DNA of 64,000 bases from Mobula hypostoma (GCF_963921235.1 NC_086101.1:9302001-9366000); one strand, 5' to 3'. Shown: positions 10,501 to 21,295, counted from the stretch's first letter. Made by a program: numbers and translations. Notes: generated by a model not told the origin, from the sequence alone.

Positions 10501-13266
10501 ATGGAGGTTGAGGAATTTATAAAGGCGCCGACCTTGGAGGCATTAGAGGATGCCAGGAAATCGGAATTGATAGCTGTGGCCAAACGGGTGAATCTTGCCA
10601 AGGTGAAGTCGACAATGAGGAGAGAGGAGATACACAGAGCTATTGTAGAGCACTATGTATCTAAAGGTGTGTTTCCCCAAGGTGAGCTGGGGGAGGTGTC
10701 TATTGAAAAACCTGCTGGAGACGCGGTACAGGTACAGCTTGAAAAACTGAGACTCGAGCACGAGTTCCGGGTACGGCAGTTAGAACACGAAGAGAAGCAG
10801 TTAGAAAGGCAGTTGGAGAGAGAGGAGAAACAGAGGGAAAGGGAATTTGAGCTGGAGAAGTTAAAGATAAGGGCCGAGCAGGGGCTCGTGCCGAACCAAG
10901 GTGGAGGGTTCCGGGCGACCCAGGAGGTTAGGCTGGTTCCCCCATTTGACGATACCGATGTGGATCGGTACTTTCTCCACTTCGAAAAAGTAGCTATAAG
11001 TCAGGACTGGCCGAGGGATAAGTGGGTTGTCTTACTTCAGAGTGTACTGAAAGGGAAAGCCCAACAAGCTTACTCCGCTTTATCCGCGGAAGATGCCCAG
11101 AAGTATGAGGTGGTGAAGGAGGCCATCCTCAGGATTTATGAGTTGGTCCCGGAGGCATACCGGCAGAGGTTCCGGAATGCGAGGAAGCGGTGGGACCGCA
11201 CGTATTTGGAGTTTGCTCGTGAGATGCAAACATATTGTGAGCGTTGGTGCGCCTCGAAAGGGGTAGAGGGGGATTATGACAGACTGCTGCAACTGATTCT
11301 GATTGAGCAGTTTAAAGGTTGTGTCCCTGAGGGTATGAGACCCTACCTCGATGAGAAAGAGGCAGCCACGTTAGCCGCAACTGCTAAGTTAGCGGATGAG
11401 TATGCGTTGACGCATAAAATGAAGGTTGCCCCGAGTAAAGGCTACCAGAAGGGTAGTCAGGACGGCGGGGAGAGTCCACCGGAAAAGTCAGAAAGTAAGC
11501 CGGGGACTAGTGAAAAGGATAAGGTAGACCGGGAGCAGTCTGGTGGGAAGTCTCCTGGGGTCGTCTGTTATAATTGTGGGAAAGTCGGACACTTTGCGTC
11601 CAGGTGCTTTGCCCCAAGGAAGGAGACGGGGAAAGGAAAAGCGGAAATTTTGAATGGCTGTATTGAGCTGTTAAGCGAACCGCTAGGGAAGGACAGGTCT
11701 GAAAAAGTCCAGGAAGGGCGCGAGAGGTTTATCTCGGCCGGACTGGTGTCAGTGAAAAAGAGGTTAAAACCAGTTCCAGTGCGGATCTGGAGAGACACGG
11801 GAGCGTGTCAGTCACTAATACTGAAGAGTGTATTAGAGTTTAGCTCAGAGACCCAGACTGGGGAGGTAGAGGTCAAAGGTGTTGGGGAAGGGACAGAGTC
11901 AGTCCCTTTGCACCAGATACATTTACAGAGCAACCTGGTCTCTGGACTAGTCACGATCGGGGTGAGGTCCGAATTACCGATGAAAGACGTGGAAGTCTTG
12001 CTCGGTAATGACATCGCCGGAGGAATCGTGTTCCCAGTCGTGAGATTGACGGGTCAGCCTGCCAGCATGGAGGCCCCGCCCGCGATGGTGAATTTGGCTG
12101 AAACATTTCTGCCAACCTTGTATGAGACAGGGTGCAGTGAGATAAGAGGTAGTGAGGGAGCTGGGACGGACGTAGCAGTAGCCAGGAAAGAATTTGTGCA
12201 GACGCAGGAGCGAGACGAGGGGCTGATGGTTTTGGCCGAGACCGCTCTCTCTGACACAGCCTTGACAAGCTATTGTGCGGATAAGGAGGTGCTAAGGAAG
12301 AAAGGGAAATCAAGTACAGCATCCGCAGATGAGGAGTGGGGGGTGGTGCAAAAGAGTTATGGGGATGAGGTTTTTGACATGGCCCACGAGGTACCCCCCG
12401 GTGGACATTTTGCGGTGCTGGAGGAGACAGTTGGTGGAATCATGAAAGAGAGTTACCGGCTGCCCAGGGGGAAAAATGTTATTGATCATGACCGACGCGA
12501 ACTGAGACGGTCACCGGCTTTTGATATGCTAACAAACCTAGTCGGTGTTAGCGTGGAAATCAATGAAGCTAGGGGCCCCCTGCTAAGAGGAAAAAACCAT
12601 TTTGAAAAGATTAGGATGGGATCGGTCAGATGGGAGAAGGCTATTGTTTTGGCCAGGTCTACTGATAAGGTCTCTCCCTTAATCCCCGAAGGAGTAATTA
12701 AACGACTCGCACCCATGTGTTTGATTGTCCCGAGGAAATGCAAAGAACTGGGACGTTGGGTTATGTCTGTTACAATAGGGCAGCCAAGTAAACAACACCC
12801 ATATTTTTTGAGTAATTCAGTGACTAAAGGGCTGATGAACACAGAGGTGTGTATTGGCAATTTAACACGGCTGTCTGAAGCCAGCTTGATAGTGAACCTT
12901 GGAAAAAATGAATTCGGCCACACGAATGTCACTTACCTGGGAATTGTGGTGACACAGGGGCAGCTGGCAGTGATGCAAGCTACAGTGCAGGCTATCGCTG
13001 ACCTCCCAACCCCGACAGACAAGAGGGCCCTCAGAAGGCTTTTGGAGATGGTGGGGTACTGCAGGAAGTTTTGCAATAACTCTGCGGTCAATACCCGTCC
13101 CCCTCCTACTAAGCCCTTGCGAGAGAAAACTGAGCCGGAATGGGACGACCCTTGTTGTTGTGGTCCGGGACAAAACCAAATGAGAGGTTACATTGGTCGC
13201 AATTCATCAGTGTTTTTGGCCACTCTGAAGTTTGCTGAGTTGGAGCCTGGTCTAAGGGATTATTAA
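10501..13266 (+). CDS. 921-aa Gag-protease polyprotein with in-frame degenerate integrase/RT/RNase H remnants
   Basis: Coiled coil; capsid with SCAN-related C-terminal domain (ELVPEAYRQRFR...LILIEQF); CCHC knuckle CYNCGKVGHFASRC (11566-11607); protease RDTGA (11794) and LLGND; IN AHE...GH (12385-12408); RT remnants KQHPY, CIGN in place of YIDD (12850-12861), TYLG, LRRLLEMVGYCRKF. Confidence 0.92.
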   Translation: MEVEEFIKAPTLEALEDARKSELIAVAKRVNLAKVKSTMRREEIHRAIVEHYVSKGVFPQGELGEVSIEKPAGDAVQVQLEKLRLEHEFRVRQLEHEEKQLERQLEREEKQREREFELEKLKIRAEQGLVPNQGGGFRATQEVRLVPPFDDTDVDRYFLHFEKVAISQDWPRDKWVVLLQSVLKGKAQQAYSALSAEDAQKYEVVKEAILRIYELVPEAYRQRFRNARKRWDRTYLEFAREMQTYCERWCASKGVEGDYDRLLQLILIEQFKGCVPEGMRPYLDEKEAATLAATAKLADEYALTHKMKVAPSKGYQKGSQDGGESPPEKSESKPGTSEKDKVDREQSGGKSPGVVCYNCGKVGHFASRCFAPRKETGKGKAEILNGCIELLSEPLGKDRSEKVQEGRERFISAGLVSVKKRLKPVPVRIWRDTGACQSLILKSVLEFSSETQTGEVEVKGVGEGTESVPLHQIHLQSNLVSGLVTIGVRSELPMKDVEVLLGNDIAGGIVFPVVRLTGQPASMEAPPAMVNLAETFLPTLYETGCSEIRGSEGAGTDVAVARKEFVQTQERDEGLMVLAETALSDTALTSYCADKEVLRKKGKSSTASADEEWGVVQKSYGDEVFDMAHEVPPGGHFAVLEETVGGIMKESYRLPRGKNVIDHDRRELRRSPAFDMLTNLVGVSVEINEARGPLLRGKNHFEKIRMGSVRWEKAIVLARSTDKVSPLIPEGVIKRLAPMCLIVPRKCKELGRWVMSVTIGQPSKQHPYFLSNSVTKGLMNTEVCIGNLTRLSEASLIVNLGKNEFGHTNVTYLGIVVTQGQLAVMQATVQAIADLPTPTDKRALRRLLEMVGYCRKFCNNSAVNTRPPPTKPLREKTEPEWDDPCCCGPGQNQMRGYIGRNSSVFLATLKFAELEPGLRDY

Positions 13267-13426
13267 TAACACGTGTAAAAGGAACAGAAAATGTGATGAC
13301 TGTCTGTCAAGGTGTTGACAGCTTCAAATTCTCTGTATTAGCTAAATAACTGTTAAAGATGTATATTGTGTATGTATCAGATAATGTAGTCATGTTTGTA
13401 ATTTTTACCTCCCGGTAAAAATTCTT

Positions 13427-13438
13427 AAAGGGGGGAAG
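13427..13438 (+). promoter_or_regulatory. polypurine tract
   Basis: AAAGGGGGGAAG immediately 5' of the 3' LTR. Confidence 0.9.
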
Positions 13439-14296
13439 TGTTACGAGAATACACATAAAATTAAGATGTTTGCTGGCCTGGGCTAGCATCAGTGGCATCA
13501 GCAGTTGGTCTGCCACCTGCCCTCAGGGGAAGGAGAGATAAGGAACAATGGAGCAGCGTCTGGAGATGTGTAATGAAGGGATGTGGGAGGAAGAGCTGTC
13601 TGGAGCGGCTCCCCCCTTTGAACCCTGAACTGTTTGAAGTGATGGACAGGCGATACCCCAGCAGGGGGATAAAAAGGGACAGGTTCGCTAAGACAGACAC
13701 ACACGCCACCCGAGGTAACGAGACCCTGGAAGCGGTGCGCTTCTCACGAGTGGGTGAGAAGTCCCAGACAACGACAAGGGTGGAAAGGTACGATCAGCGG
13801 GAACCCGGTGTGTGTCCGCCCTTGCCTGGGTGCCGGGTTCACTGCAGAGGATCGACCGCATCTGGAGGAGGGGTCACAGTCGGTGACCTCAGGTGACATC
13901 ACCAAGGACCTGCCCAAAAGCTGTTTGTGAGCCATCTCGCTGGTCTGTGAGTGAAGCTGTGCTGAATGATGAGTTGTTCCTATTCTATGTCTCTCTTCCC
14001 CACCTTGTCCATCGCCATGACAACGATTACTGCGAACTGAACTACAAACTGGACTGAACTTTGAGTCATTTTGAAATTGGTCATTTACCCCTAGACAACG
14101 ATAGAGCTTGATTGATGCTGTTATCTTAATTCTGTGCACATGTGTGTTTATCATCACTGAACTGTTGCATTTATTATCCTTTCGATTACTGTGTTGCTTG
14201 TTTCTGTAATAAAACTTTCTTAGTTCTAGTACTCCAGACTCCAACTGAGTGATCCATTTCTGCTGGTTTGGCAACCCAGTTACGGGGTACGTAACA
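13439..14296 (+). repeat. 3' LTR (858 bp)
   Basis: Offset 3,895 bp from the 5' LTR; ORFs 9597/13492, 9566/13461 and 9603/13498 translate identically. Confidence 0.96.
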
Positions 14297-16897
14297 GGGC
14301 CAATGGGCTATCTGGGTCTAGCGGGTAGGTAGTGTGGTCAGTATGGGTCAATGGGCTATCTGGGTCTAGCGGGTAGGTAGTGTGGTCAGTACGGGCCAAT
14401 GGGCTATCTGGGTCTAGCGGGTAGGTAGTGTGGTCAGTACGGGCCAATGGGCTATCTGGGTCTAGCGGGATAGTGTGGTCAGTATGGGTCAATGGGCTAT
14501 CTGGGTCTAGCGGGTAGGTAGTGTGGTCAGTATGGGCCAATGGGCTATCTGGGTCCAGCGGGTAGGTAGTGAGGTCAGTACGGGCGAATGGGCTATCTGG
14601 GTCTAGCGGGTAGGTAGTGTGGTCAGTACGGGCCAATGGGCTATCTGGGTCTAGCGGGTAGGTAGTGTGGTCAGTACGGGTCAATGGGCTATTGGGGTCT
14701 AGCGGGTAGGTAGTGTGGTCAGAACGGGCCAATGGGCTATCTGGGTCTAGCGGGTAGGTAGTGAGGTCAGTACGGGCCAATGGGCTATCTGGGTCTAGCG
14801 GGTAGGTAGTGAGGTCAGTACGGGCCAATGGGCTATCTGGGTCTAGTGGGTAGGTAGTGAGGTCAGTATGGGCCAATGGGCTATCTGGGTCTAGCGGGTA
14901 GGTAGTGTGGTCAGTATGGGCCAATGGGCTATCTGGGTCTAGCGGGTAGGTAGTGTGGTCAGTATGGGCCAATGGGCTATCTGGGTCTAGCGGGTAGGTA
15001 GTGTGGTCAGTACGGGCCAATGGGCTATCTGGGTCTAGCGGGTAGGTAGTGAGGTCAGTACGGGCCAATGGGCTATCTGGGTCTAGTGGGTAGGTAGTGA
15101 GGTCAGTATGGGCCAATGGGCTATCTGGGTCTAGTGGGTAGGTAGTGAGGTCAGTATGGGCCAATGGGCTATCTGGGTCTAGCGGGTAGGTAGTGTGGTC
15201 AGTATGGGCCAATGGGCTATCTGCGTCTAGCGGGTAGGTAGTGTGGTCAGTACGGGCTAATGGGCTATCTGGGTCTAGCGGGTAGGTAGTGAGGTCAGTA
15301 TGGGCCAATGGGCTATCTGGGTCTAGCGGGTAGGTAGTGTGGTCAGTACTGGCCAATGGGCTATCTGGGTCTAGCAGGTAGGTAGTGAGGTCAGTACGGG
15401 TCAATGGGCTATCTGGGTCTAGCGGGTAGGTAGTGTGGTCAGTACTGGCCAATGGGCTATCTGGGTCTAGCGGGTAGGTAGTGTGGTCAGTACGGGCCAA
15501 TGGGCTATCTGGGTCTAGCGGGTAGGTAGTGAGGTCAGTACGGGCCAATGGGCTATCTGGGTCTAGCGGGTAGGTAGTGTGGTCAGTATGGGTCAATGGG
15601 CTATCTGGGTCTAGCGGGTAGGTAGTGTGGTCAGTATGGGCCAATGGGCTATCTGGGTCTAGCGGGTAGGTAGTGAGGTCAGTACGGGTCAATGGGGTAT
15701 CTGGGTCTAGCGGGTAGGTAGTGTGGTCAGTACGGGCCAATGGGCTATCTGGGTCTAGCGGGTAGGTAGTGTGGTCAGTACGGGCCAATGGGCTATCTGG
15801 GTCTAGCGGGTAGGTAGTGAGGTCAGTACGGGTCAATGGGCTATCTGGGTCTAGCGGGTAGGTAGTGTGGTCAGTATGGGCCAATGGGCTATCTGGGTCC
15901 AGCGGGTAGGTAGTGAGGTCAGTACGGGCCAATGGGCTATCTGGGTCTAGCGGGTAGGTAGTGTGGTCAGTACGGGTCAATGGGCTATCTGGGTCTAGCG
16001 GGTAGGTAGTGTGGTCAGTATGGGTCAATGGGCTATCTGGGTCTAGCGGGTAGGTAGTGTGGTCAGTACGGGCCAATGGGCTATCTGGGTCTAGCGGGTA
16101 GGTAGTGTGGTCAGTACGGGTCAATGGGCTATCTGAGTCTAGCGGGTAGGTAGTGTGGTCAGTATGGGCCAATGGGTTATCTGGGTCTAGCGGGTAGGTA
16201 GTGTGGTCAGTACGGGTCAATGGGCTATCGGGGTCTAGCGGGTAGGTAGTGAGGTCAGTACGGGCCAATGGGCTATCTGGGTCTAGCGGGTAGGTAGTGA
16301 GGTCAGTACGGGCCAATGGGCTATCTGGGTCTAGTGGGTAGGTAGTGAGGTCAGTATGGGCCAATGGGCTATCTGGGTCTAGCGGGTAGGTAGTGTGGTC
16401 AGTATGGGTCAATGGGCTATCTGGGTCTAGCGGGTAGGTAGTGTGGTCAGTATGGGCCAATGGGCTATCTGGGTCTAGCGGGTAGGTAGTGTGGTCAGTA
16501 TGGGTCAATGGGCTATCTGGGTCTAGCGGGTAGGTAGTGAGGTCAGTATGGGCCAATGGGCTATCTGGGTCTAGCGGGTAGGTAGTGTGGTCAGTATGGG
16601 TCAATGGGCTATCTGGGTCTAGCGGGTAGGTAGTGTGGTCAGTATGGGCCAATGGGCTATCTGGGTCTAGCGGGTAGGTAGTGTGGTCAGTATGGGTCAA
16701 TGGGCTATCTGGGTCTAGCGGGTAGGTAGTGTGGTCAGTACGGGCCAATGGGCTATCTGGGTCTAGCGGGTAGGTAGTGAGGTCAGTACGGGCCAATGGG
16801 CTATCTGGGTCTAGCGGGTAGGTAGTGAGGTCAGTACGGGCCAATGGGCTATCTGGGTCTAGCGGGTAGGTAGTGAGGTCAGTACGGGTCAATGGGC
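14297..16897 (+). repeat. 48-bp minisatellite, right arm (about 54 units)
   Basis: Same unit with recurrent variants (GTG/GAG, TAC/TAT, GGCC/GGTC). Confidence 0.97.
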
Positions 16898-17359
16898 CGA
16901 GGGGCCCTTTACCCTGCTGCCTGACTCAATTACTCAATAACTAAGGACAGCTTGGTCTACACAATGTGACGTTTTAACACCATCCATTTTAAACACTGGG
17001 CGTCAGTGTGTTTTATGTAAACACAGTCTGCCTTCTGCATCCAATTTAGATCAACAAAGACTGAAATTTGATCAGGAAAAGTTAGGCAGCAATTAGCCTG
17101 TTGGGTTTAATGATGCTGCGATTGAATCCAAAAATGACCTTTTGGGGTCCTGGTGAGACATTCATGAAATTCACTACAGTTGTATGACAGTAATTCAGAT
17201 TATAGTATTGGAATTTGAAATGTAAAATTCACAGCAACAGTTTGCATGGAAAAAGTATGTTGGCATTTACTGCAAGTGGATTTAAATATTCATTTCACTG
17301 AAATTAATCAAATAATAAATCACAATTCTATTTCTTTTGTGGTCTGATATGTACACAGG

Positions 17360-17840
17360 TAACGATCTGGATGAGAATGCGGGTGACGTGGTTAGTAAGC
17401 TTAAAGATGACACCAAACCTGGTGATGTGGTGGACAATGAAGAAGATCGATGAAAGTTAAAACGGGACCTCAGTCAACTGGAAAAGTGGGCAAAGGAAGT
17501 TCACACAAGTATGAAGTGCTGCTTTTTGGAAAGCTATACCATGGAAGGATAGACATAGTGAATAGCAGAGCCCGGGGACTGTTGTAGAACAGAGATACAC
17601 GAGGGAACAAATTGACAGTTCCCTGAGAGTGAAGATACAGGTAGACAAAGTGGTGAAGAAGACACATGGCACCCTTACCTTCATCAGTCAGGGTATTGGT
17701 GTACAAGAGTTGGCAACGCATGTTAAAAGCAGACAAGATATTGGTGATAACACACTGAGAGTACTGTAGCAATTCTGGTTACTCGGCTGAGAAAGGACGT
17801 CATTAGGCTGGAACGGGTTCAGAAAAAGTTTCACACCAGA
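17360..17840 (+). mobile_element. old CR1 RT fragment
   Basis: Degenerate SK-DDTK-G, VDKVVKK and L-RVQKKFT coding remnants. Confidence 0.65.
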
Positions 17841-18114
17841 GAGTGAAAATCAAAGGTCTTCACACTCCAGTGCCAGTGATGGATTTCTTTCTGCCCCTCT
17901 TTCATCTGTCTTCCAGTGTCTCTTTCACTCCATCTGTCACCCAGCCTCACCAAGATAAACTGGGACATACGTCACCTCAACAAGGATTGTGTGGCCTATC
18001 CAGTGAGATTTTATTTTTGTTCTGTACGTGGCCCGACGTATAAAGTTCAAACTGTTACAATACCTGCCCGTTAAGTTCATGGCTGAGGGTGTGTTTTATA
18101 TGTTCACCAGAAGA

Positions 18115-18980
18115 CACTACAGCAATAGAAGTTCACTACAGCACAATACAGGCCCTTCGCCCACAAAGCTGTGCCGAACATGTCCTTACCTTAGAACTAC
18201 CTAGGCTTACCCATAGCCTTCTATATTTCTAAGCTCAATGTATCCATCCAGGAGTCTCTTAAAAGACCCTATTGTTTCCGCCTCCACCACCGCCGCCAGC
18301 AGCCCATTCCACGCACTCACCACTCTCTGCGTAAAAAAAACTAACCCGACATCTCCTTCGTATCTACTTCCAAGCACCTTAAAACTATACCCCCTTGTGC
18401 TAGCCATTTCAGCCCTGGGAAAAAGCCTCAGACTATCCACACGATCTGCTCATTATCTTGTACACGTCTATCAGGTCAACTTTCATCCTCCGTCACTACA
18501 AGGAGAAAAGGTCGAGTTCACTCAACCTATTCTCATACGGCATACCCCCCAATCCAGGCAACATCCTTGTAAATCTCCTCTGCACCCATGAACTTCCTGT
18601 AGTGAGGTGACCAGAACTCAGCACAGTACTCGGTGGGGTCTGAACAGGGTCCTATATAGCTGCAACATTACCACTCTGCTCTTAAACTCAATCCTACGGT
18701 TGATGAAGGCCAATGCAGCATATGCCTTCTTAACCACAGAGTCAACCTGCATAGCAGCTTTGAGTGTCCTATGGACTCGGACCCCATGATCCCTCTGATC
18801 CTCCACACGGCCAAGAGTCTTGCCATTAATACCATATTCTGCCATCATATTTGACCTACCAAAATGAACCACCTCATACTTATCTGGGTTGAACTCCATC
18901 TGCCACTTCTCAGCCCAGTTTTGCATCCTATCAATGTCCTGCTGTAACCTCGGACAGCCCTCCACACTATCCACAACACC
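18115..18980 (-). mobile_element. CR1 3' fragment
   Basis: ORFs 18618..18974 (WAEKWQMEFNPDK) and 18207..18440 (FFTQRVVSAWNGL). Confidence 0.9.
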
Positions 18981-19825
18981 CCGAACAATTTACAATAACT
19001 TCATGAAATTTAGTAGGGGTTGGGTGGCGGGAGGAGAGAATGTGGTCCCACAACAAAGGGCACGGTCTACACACAATATGTCTTGCAAAATTTCCTCCTG
19101 CACAACTCTCCCTTTCATCATTTCCCTGAAGTTCATCTGCGACTGAGAGTTCAGACAGCAGAACCATGAACAAAACAATTCTGAGTATTGATGTCCAAAC
19201 GCACAAAGCAGATTAGGTCACATTCACCATCCATGGTGCTTCAATAGGACAGTGTCAAGCAGGTTCAGTTGTATCTAACCCTGAGCTCACTGTCCCGACA
19301 GTGGTAGAATGAGTTTTACCCCATGCCCAACCTGTGCAATATTTGTCCTTGGACTGTGTAAGAGGGAACTTTGTAAAGGAATTGGAATTCTCTGCATAGC
19401 GAGGCAGTAAATGTTATTTAGTTCTTTTTTGCATAGCAAGGGATTCAGAATTATGGGAAATGACAGGTAGGTGGAGCTGAGTAGTGAATGAGTCGAGGAC
19501 CAGAGGGCACAGTCTCAGAATAGAGGGGTGTCCTTTTAAAACAGAGATGAGGAGGAATTTATTTAACCAGCAGGTGCTGAATCTGTGGAATTCATTGCCA
19601 CAGACAGCTGTGGGGGTGAAGTCATTGGATAAACGCCCAGAGTTAACACAGCCCAGACTGTCACATGAAAAACCTTCCTCACCATTGAGCTCATCTGACA
19701 GGGAACGCTGCCACAAGAAAGCAACATCCATAATTAAGGCCATGTTCTCTTCTCGCTGCTGCCATTGGGAGCTGAACGTCCCACAGCAACAGTATCAGGA
19801 AAAGTTGCAGAGAGAACGGTCGGAA

Positions 19826-20009
19826 GATTATCTCAGTTACCAGTCCGGGACAGTTTCACGTTACAACGCAGAGACCACGTCCCATCTTCATTGGGAATAC
19901 ATTAACGGGGGAAGTTTATCCTTTCTTCGAGACTTGGCATAAAAACCAGTGGCTGAGAATCTGCCCTGGATCCGCTCCGGGTCTGGTCCCGGGACCGGCG
20001 TCAAAGTAA
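19826..20009 (+). pseudogene. orphan C-terminal SPRY (B30.2) fragment of a TRIM gene
   Basis: YLSYQSGTVSRYNAETTSHLH, frameshift, then GNTLTGEVYPFFETWHKNQWLRICPGSAPGL...TAA (20007-20009); AATAAA at about 20036-20046. Confidence 0.82.
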
Positions 20010-20249
20010 CTCTGTGTCAATATAAGTGTGTAGAGAATAAAATAAACACTAATTATAGATCCGTTAATTTTAATGTGTTCACTGCATCCACCAACGGAAC
20101 AGAAATACTACGTATTCAGTAGCAGCCGCGGGCTACAGGTCCGGAGCTGCCCGGGAAATAAAGTCCACCTACAATGTGACAGGTTCAGTTGGACAAGCGG
20201 TGGTGGTGCTGACTGGGAAGGTCAAGGTGAATGTTAGGGAATGGCCAGG

Positions 20250-20740
20250 CAACGCTGGAAACACACAAAGCGCCGGAGATTCTCAGCGAGACAGACAGGA
20301 TGGGAATGGGAAATGAACAGTTACCATTTCGGCTCCAGACCCTTCATCTGGGCTGAAAGAAAGAGGGGAGATGGTTGGTACAGAAAGGTGGTGGAAGAGC
20401 TGGCAGCTGATCCAGATGAGGGAGGGGTGGAGTGTGGGAATGTGTCAGAAGCCGGGAGGGGAGAGCTGGCAGAGCCAAGGATGATGCAATCTGGTCGGAG
20501 GAAGGTGGAGTCTGGAACAAAGGGAGGGAGGGGGAGGAGTGTGTGGGGGATGGGCAGATGGGTTGTTAGGGGAGGAGGGGAAAGAGAGAGGGTGATGGAG
20601 GCTGATGGATCACGAAGAGAGAAAATTAAAAGGAAAAGTGACAGAGGGGGAGCAACTACCGGAAGTCAGAGAATTCAGTGTTCATGCCGGCAGGTTTCAG
20701 ACTGCCCCAGTGGAACATGAGGAGCGGTTCCTCTAATTGA
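20250..20740 (-). mobile_element. Penelope-like element 3' remnant
   Basis: Decayed GIY-YIG tail (LEE...G-L-P-GMNTEFS), purine-rich spacer and degenerate hammerhead-like end. Confidence 0.65.
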
Positions 20741-20999
20741 TGAGACAAGATCACAACGGGTGCCCACGTGGAATCAGTTATTCTGTTTTCGACCCGTGTT
20801 ATCCCCAGGAAATGCAGGAACAACAGTAACAGGTCAGTCAGGATCCACGGCGAGAGACACGGAGTTTGCGTTCCACGTCCATGACATCTTCATTCAAACG
20901 CTGCCTGGCCTCTGCGGAGTTCAAGTATTTTCTGTTTAGTTTTAGTTTTTCAAGCATCTGATTCAAATAAACGAACAAGCAAACAACAACAAATGAATC

Positions 21000-21295
21000 T
21001 GACACACGAGAGTCTGCAGACGCTGGAAATCCCGAGCAACACAAAGTGCTGGAGGAACTCGGCGGGTCCGGCTGCATTTATGGAAGGAATAAACAGACGA
21101 TGTTTCCCGCCGAGAACCTTCATCGGGACTGGGCAGGAGGGGGGATAAAGTCGGAATAAGGCGGGGGAGGGTAAGGAGTACAAATGACATTTGAAAGATA
21201 CACCAGGTGAGTCGGGTGGGGGATTGGGGGAGGGAGCATGAAGGAAGAAGCTGGGAGGTGACAGGTGGACAAGGTGAAGGGCTGAAGAGACTCTG
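21000..21295 (-). mobile_element. Penelope-like 3' terminal remnant
   Basis: Minus strand CAGTCCCGATGAAGG...GAAAC...GAGTTCCTCCAGCACTTTGTGTTGC, the terminus shared by other copies here. Confidence 0.7.

Larger units (their letters stand above)
9544..14296 (+). mobile_element. Gmr1-like Ty3/gypsy LTR retrotransposon, non-autonomous, very young (4,753 bp)
   Basis: Two 858-bp LTRs (TGTTAC...GTAACA), TSD GGGC (9540-9543 / 14297-14300), PBS, PPT and a single gag-PR ORF with pol remnants in IN-then-RT order. Confidence 0.95.

Noticed and set aside
9566..10601. ORFs within the LTRs (9597, 9566, 9603, 9849 and their 3' LTR twins)
   Set aside because: No recognisable domains. Their duplication only reflects LTR identity.
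10501..13266. Domesticated host SCAN/Gag gene
   Set aside because: It is still flanked by identical LTRs, PBS, PPT and TSD, so it is a mobile copy and not a fixed host gene.
14280..16892. 870-aa minus-strand ORF of TTYPLDPDSPLARTDH repeats (also 8853..9350)
   Set aside because: By-product of a 48-bp stop-free unit. It has no ATG start, the left arm has frame-breaking 4-bp insertions, and the unit derives from a CR1 UTR.
8773..16897. CRISPR-like array flanking a large ORF
   Set aside because: Units are head-to-tail with no unique spacers, there are no cas genes, and the ORF belongs to an LTR element with a TSD.
18967..19206. ORF resembling a signal peptide plus Cys-rich TNFR-like segment
   Set aside because: TTG start, Cys spacing does not fit a TNFR repeat, and the frame runs into CR1 sequence.
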